Positions 52,347 to 54,063 of a stretch of 54,063 nt of DNA are shown here, one piece after another. The notes below the pieces were generated by a model. The model searched no databases. It was not told the DNA's origin and saw only the letters and a program-made list of their open reading frames with translations. A program made the position numbers and the translations under genes. Origin of the DNA: a virus (Duplodnaviria; Caudoviricetes); the IMG/VR virus record IMGVR_UViG_3300033076_000675, positions 1 to 54,063 of that record; one strand, written 5' to 3'. Each line of letters begins with the position of its first letter. The first letter of the stretch is position 1.

Positions 52347-52859
52347 ATGCCGATGCCACGCAACCCAGGAGTGCCTGATTTCATTCAGGCCGTGGCGTTT
52401 GGCATGTCGTATGCACAGGCTTACCAGAAGCATATTTCAAAAGGAAAGTGCTCTGACATTACGGCAAACGTCAATGGATCAAAGCTCGCTAATGAGACTG
52501 ATATTCAACTAGCGATTATAGAAGCTAGAAAACAAGTGGCTGAAAAGGCTGAGAAACGCTTCGATCTTAGCAAGGATAAATGGCTAGATCGGATGATGGG
52601 AATCGCTGATAAAGCCGAGGAAGCAGAGGACTTTGCAGCAGCTAAAGGGGCGTTAGCTGAGGTGGGTAAAGCCTGCGATTACTACGCTGCCATCAAGGTC
52701 GAGCATGAGCACTCTGGCACCATCGAGCACACGCACAGCTTTGACGGCGTGCTAAAGTCCATTATTGACTCTGGCTCTCCTGTGACTCGCAGACTTGAGA
52801 AAGCGCGTGAAAGGGAGGTCGAGGTGATTCCGCTTGAATCTGCGAAGAAAAAGAAATAG
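52347..52859 (+). CDS. terminase small subunit
   Basis: N-terminal HTH (AQAYQK..ANVNGSKL), AAKGALAEVGK helix, KVEHEHSG tail. Confidence 0.7.
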   Translation: MPMPRNPGVPDFIQAVAFGMSYAQAYQKHISKGKCSDITANVNGSKLANETDIQLAIIEARKQVAEKAEKRFDLSKDKWLDRMMGIADKAEEAEDFAAAKGALAEVGKACDYYAAIKVEHEHSGTIEHTHSFDGVLKSIIDSGSPVTRRLEKAREREVEVIPLESAKKKK

Positions 52860-52869
52860 GCTAACGATT

Positions 52870-53079
52870 ATGAATCGACGCAACACTGCAAAAATCCTTC
52901 TCTTACTTTTTGCTTTCACTCTTGCGGCTTGTGGCAAACCTCAAAGCTCCATCCCAGCAGGAGGCGGCCTTCTTGAAGCCTACTCTTTCGATGGCCACCT
53001 GTTTATCGTGTTTAATAGAGGAGGCATCCTTCACCATCCTGGTTGTCCATGTTTGAGCGCTAAAGTCACAAAACTATGA
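52870..53079 (+). CDS. putative lipoprotein
   Basis: Lipobox LAAC; GILHHPGCPC. Confidence 0.65.
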   Translation: MNRRNTAKILLLLFAFTLAACGKPQSSIPAGGGLLEAYSFDGHLFIVFNRGGILHHPGCPCLSAKVTKL

Positions 53080-53438
53080 AAACTCTCCTCATCATCCTAG
53101 CGGCCCTTGTCGCCATTCCATCGCTAGCAGGCGAGCACGAACGCAGGCAGCTTGCCCAGCTTACCGCGTGGTGCGAGTCACAAGCTATCACCTCGATGGC
53201 TGCGACGCCTGGAGTTATCCGGCTGCGTCAGATCATCGAAAAGGGCACACTAGAGCAGAAAGAACAGGCTAGCGTGGCCTTGAAACGGCTTTACGACATG
53301 GCACGCTTGCAGGGCAGATCCGAGGCGCAGAGACGCTTTTTAGTGATGCAGCAGGAGGCTAGCGACAACGTGCAACGCTTGCGCGAAGCTGAGGTGCTTG
53401 GACGCGCTATCGGTCAGGGAATCAGAAACGGAAACTAA
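53076..53438 (+). CDS. putative secreted protein
   Basis: MKTLLIILAALVAIPSLA signal peptide. Confidence 0.6.
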   Translation: MKTLLIILAALVAIPSLAGEHERRQLAQLTAWCESQAITSMAATPGVIRLRQIIEKGTLEQKEQASVALKRLYDMARLQGRSEAQRRFLVMQQEASDNVQRLREAEVLGRAIGQGIRNGN

Positions 53439-53442
53439 CGCC

Positions 53443-53583
53443 ATGCCAAAAGGAACCAAAGTTCACTCAATCTTTCAGGCCCTCGCCTCGAAATACCACG
53501 ACAAAGGCAAAGCCGCACGCATCGCTCAATCGGTGACAGGCAAGAGCCTTGCGACTGGCAAAGCACCGAAGAAGAAGGGTTGA
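53443..53583 (+). CDS. small basic protein
   Basis: MPKGTKVH...KAARIAQSVTGKSLATGK. Confidence 0.6.
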   Translation: MPKGTKVHSIFQALASKYHDKGKAARIAQSVTGKSLATGKAPKKKG

Positions 53584-53615
53584 CAGGCCCTCGAAACTCT
53601 CCACACTCGCCGCGT

Positions 53616-53852
53616 ATGCACGATCCAAACCACAACCCACTAGGCTTTCCACCGCCACCCCGGAGCGCAGCCGCTCCAACTCCTCTTCGCATGACTGAGG
53701 CTGAAAACGCCGCAGGAAAGAACATCTTGGAGGAGATTTCCAAGTCTGATGATCCGGATGAAATCGCCATGCTGGCAGATGCGTATCACGGACTTATCAC
53801 TGCCGCCTGCATGAGGCTTGGCATTGTCGCCCTTTCGTCGGAGAACCTGTAA
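53616..53852 (+). CDS. hypothetical protein
   Basis: ORF track; ATG 53616. Confidence 0.5.
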   Translation: MHDPNHNPLGFPPPPRSAAAPTPLRMTEAENAAGKNILEEISKSDDPDEIAMLADAYHGLITAACMRLGIVALSSENL

Positions 53853-53866
53853 ACGAACCATAACTC

Positions 53867-54063
53867 ATGAAATCCCTTTTATTCCTTCCCATCCTCGCCC
53901 TGTGCTCTTGCTCCACGCCTGCGCAGAACGCCAAGCTTGCATCTATCGGCAGCCTTGCGTTGTCCTACGCTGAGGCAAAAGGCGCTATCACTCCCGCTGA
54001 TGCCGCCCTTGTGCGTGAAGCTGGCGTTATCGCTTTGGCCCCTGAGCCTGTGACCACGCTGCC
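53867..54063 (+). CDS. putative lipoprotein (truncated by window end)
   Basis: MKSLLFLPILALCSC lipobox; open to end of window. Confidence 0.6.
   Translation, partial: MKSLLFLPILALCSCSTPAQNAKLASIGSLALSYAEAKGAITPADAALVREAGVIALAPEPVTTL

Noticed and set aside
1-54063. Alternative genetic code or prophage boundaries
   Set aside because: Standard code gives dense coupled ORFs; no integrase, att-like site or host genes were identified.

Overview
This window is a contiguous part of a dsDNA tailed-phage genome with podovirus-like organisation. No integrase, repressor, large terminase, polymerase, rRNA, canonical tRNA or CRISPR array was seen. Positions 1-3.0 kb hold leftward small accessory genes and an HNH endonuclease, preceded by about 600 nt of structured non-coding sequence. 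Positions 3.7-34.1 kb are a rightward virion module: three small putative ejection proteins, a 2761-aa polyvalent/ejection protein, portal, tail fibres, membrane proteins and an amidase endolysin, a methyltransferase-glycosyltransferase pair, scaffold, major capsid, decoration protein, adaptor and tail nozzle. At 34.0-35.4 kb, leftward triple-HTH and KhpA-like KH-domain genes sit back-to-back with a ~320-nt non-coding unit containing two tRNA-like T-arm modules. Positions 35.4-54 kb are rightward early/middle genes: MazG-like, DUF3310, RecT-like annealase, Cas4-like exonuclease, nucleases, replication initiator with iterons, DnaB, small terminase and lipoproteins. Shine-Dalgarno sequences are largely absent and leaders are A/C-rich, which fits a non-SD host such as a PVC-group bacterium (inference only). 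The most interesting signal is a putative RNA-based regulatory layer. It comprises the KH protein with its divergent ncRNA, two classes of conserved pre-ATG motifs (ATCATCAC and ACGATTATG), several promoter-hairpin-terminator cassettes with loop-loop complementarity, and an antisense sRNA cassette inside the giant ORF. All protein calls come from motif recognition by eye and all RNA structures were paired by hand; no database searches or folding programs were run.
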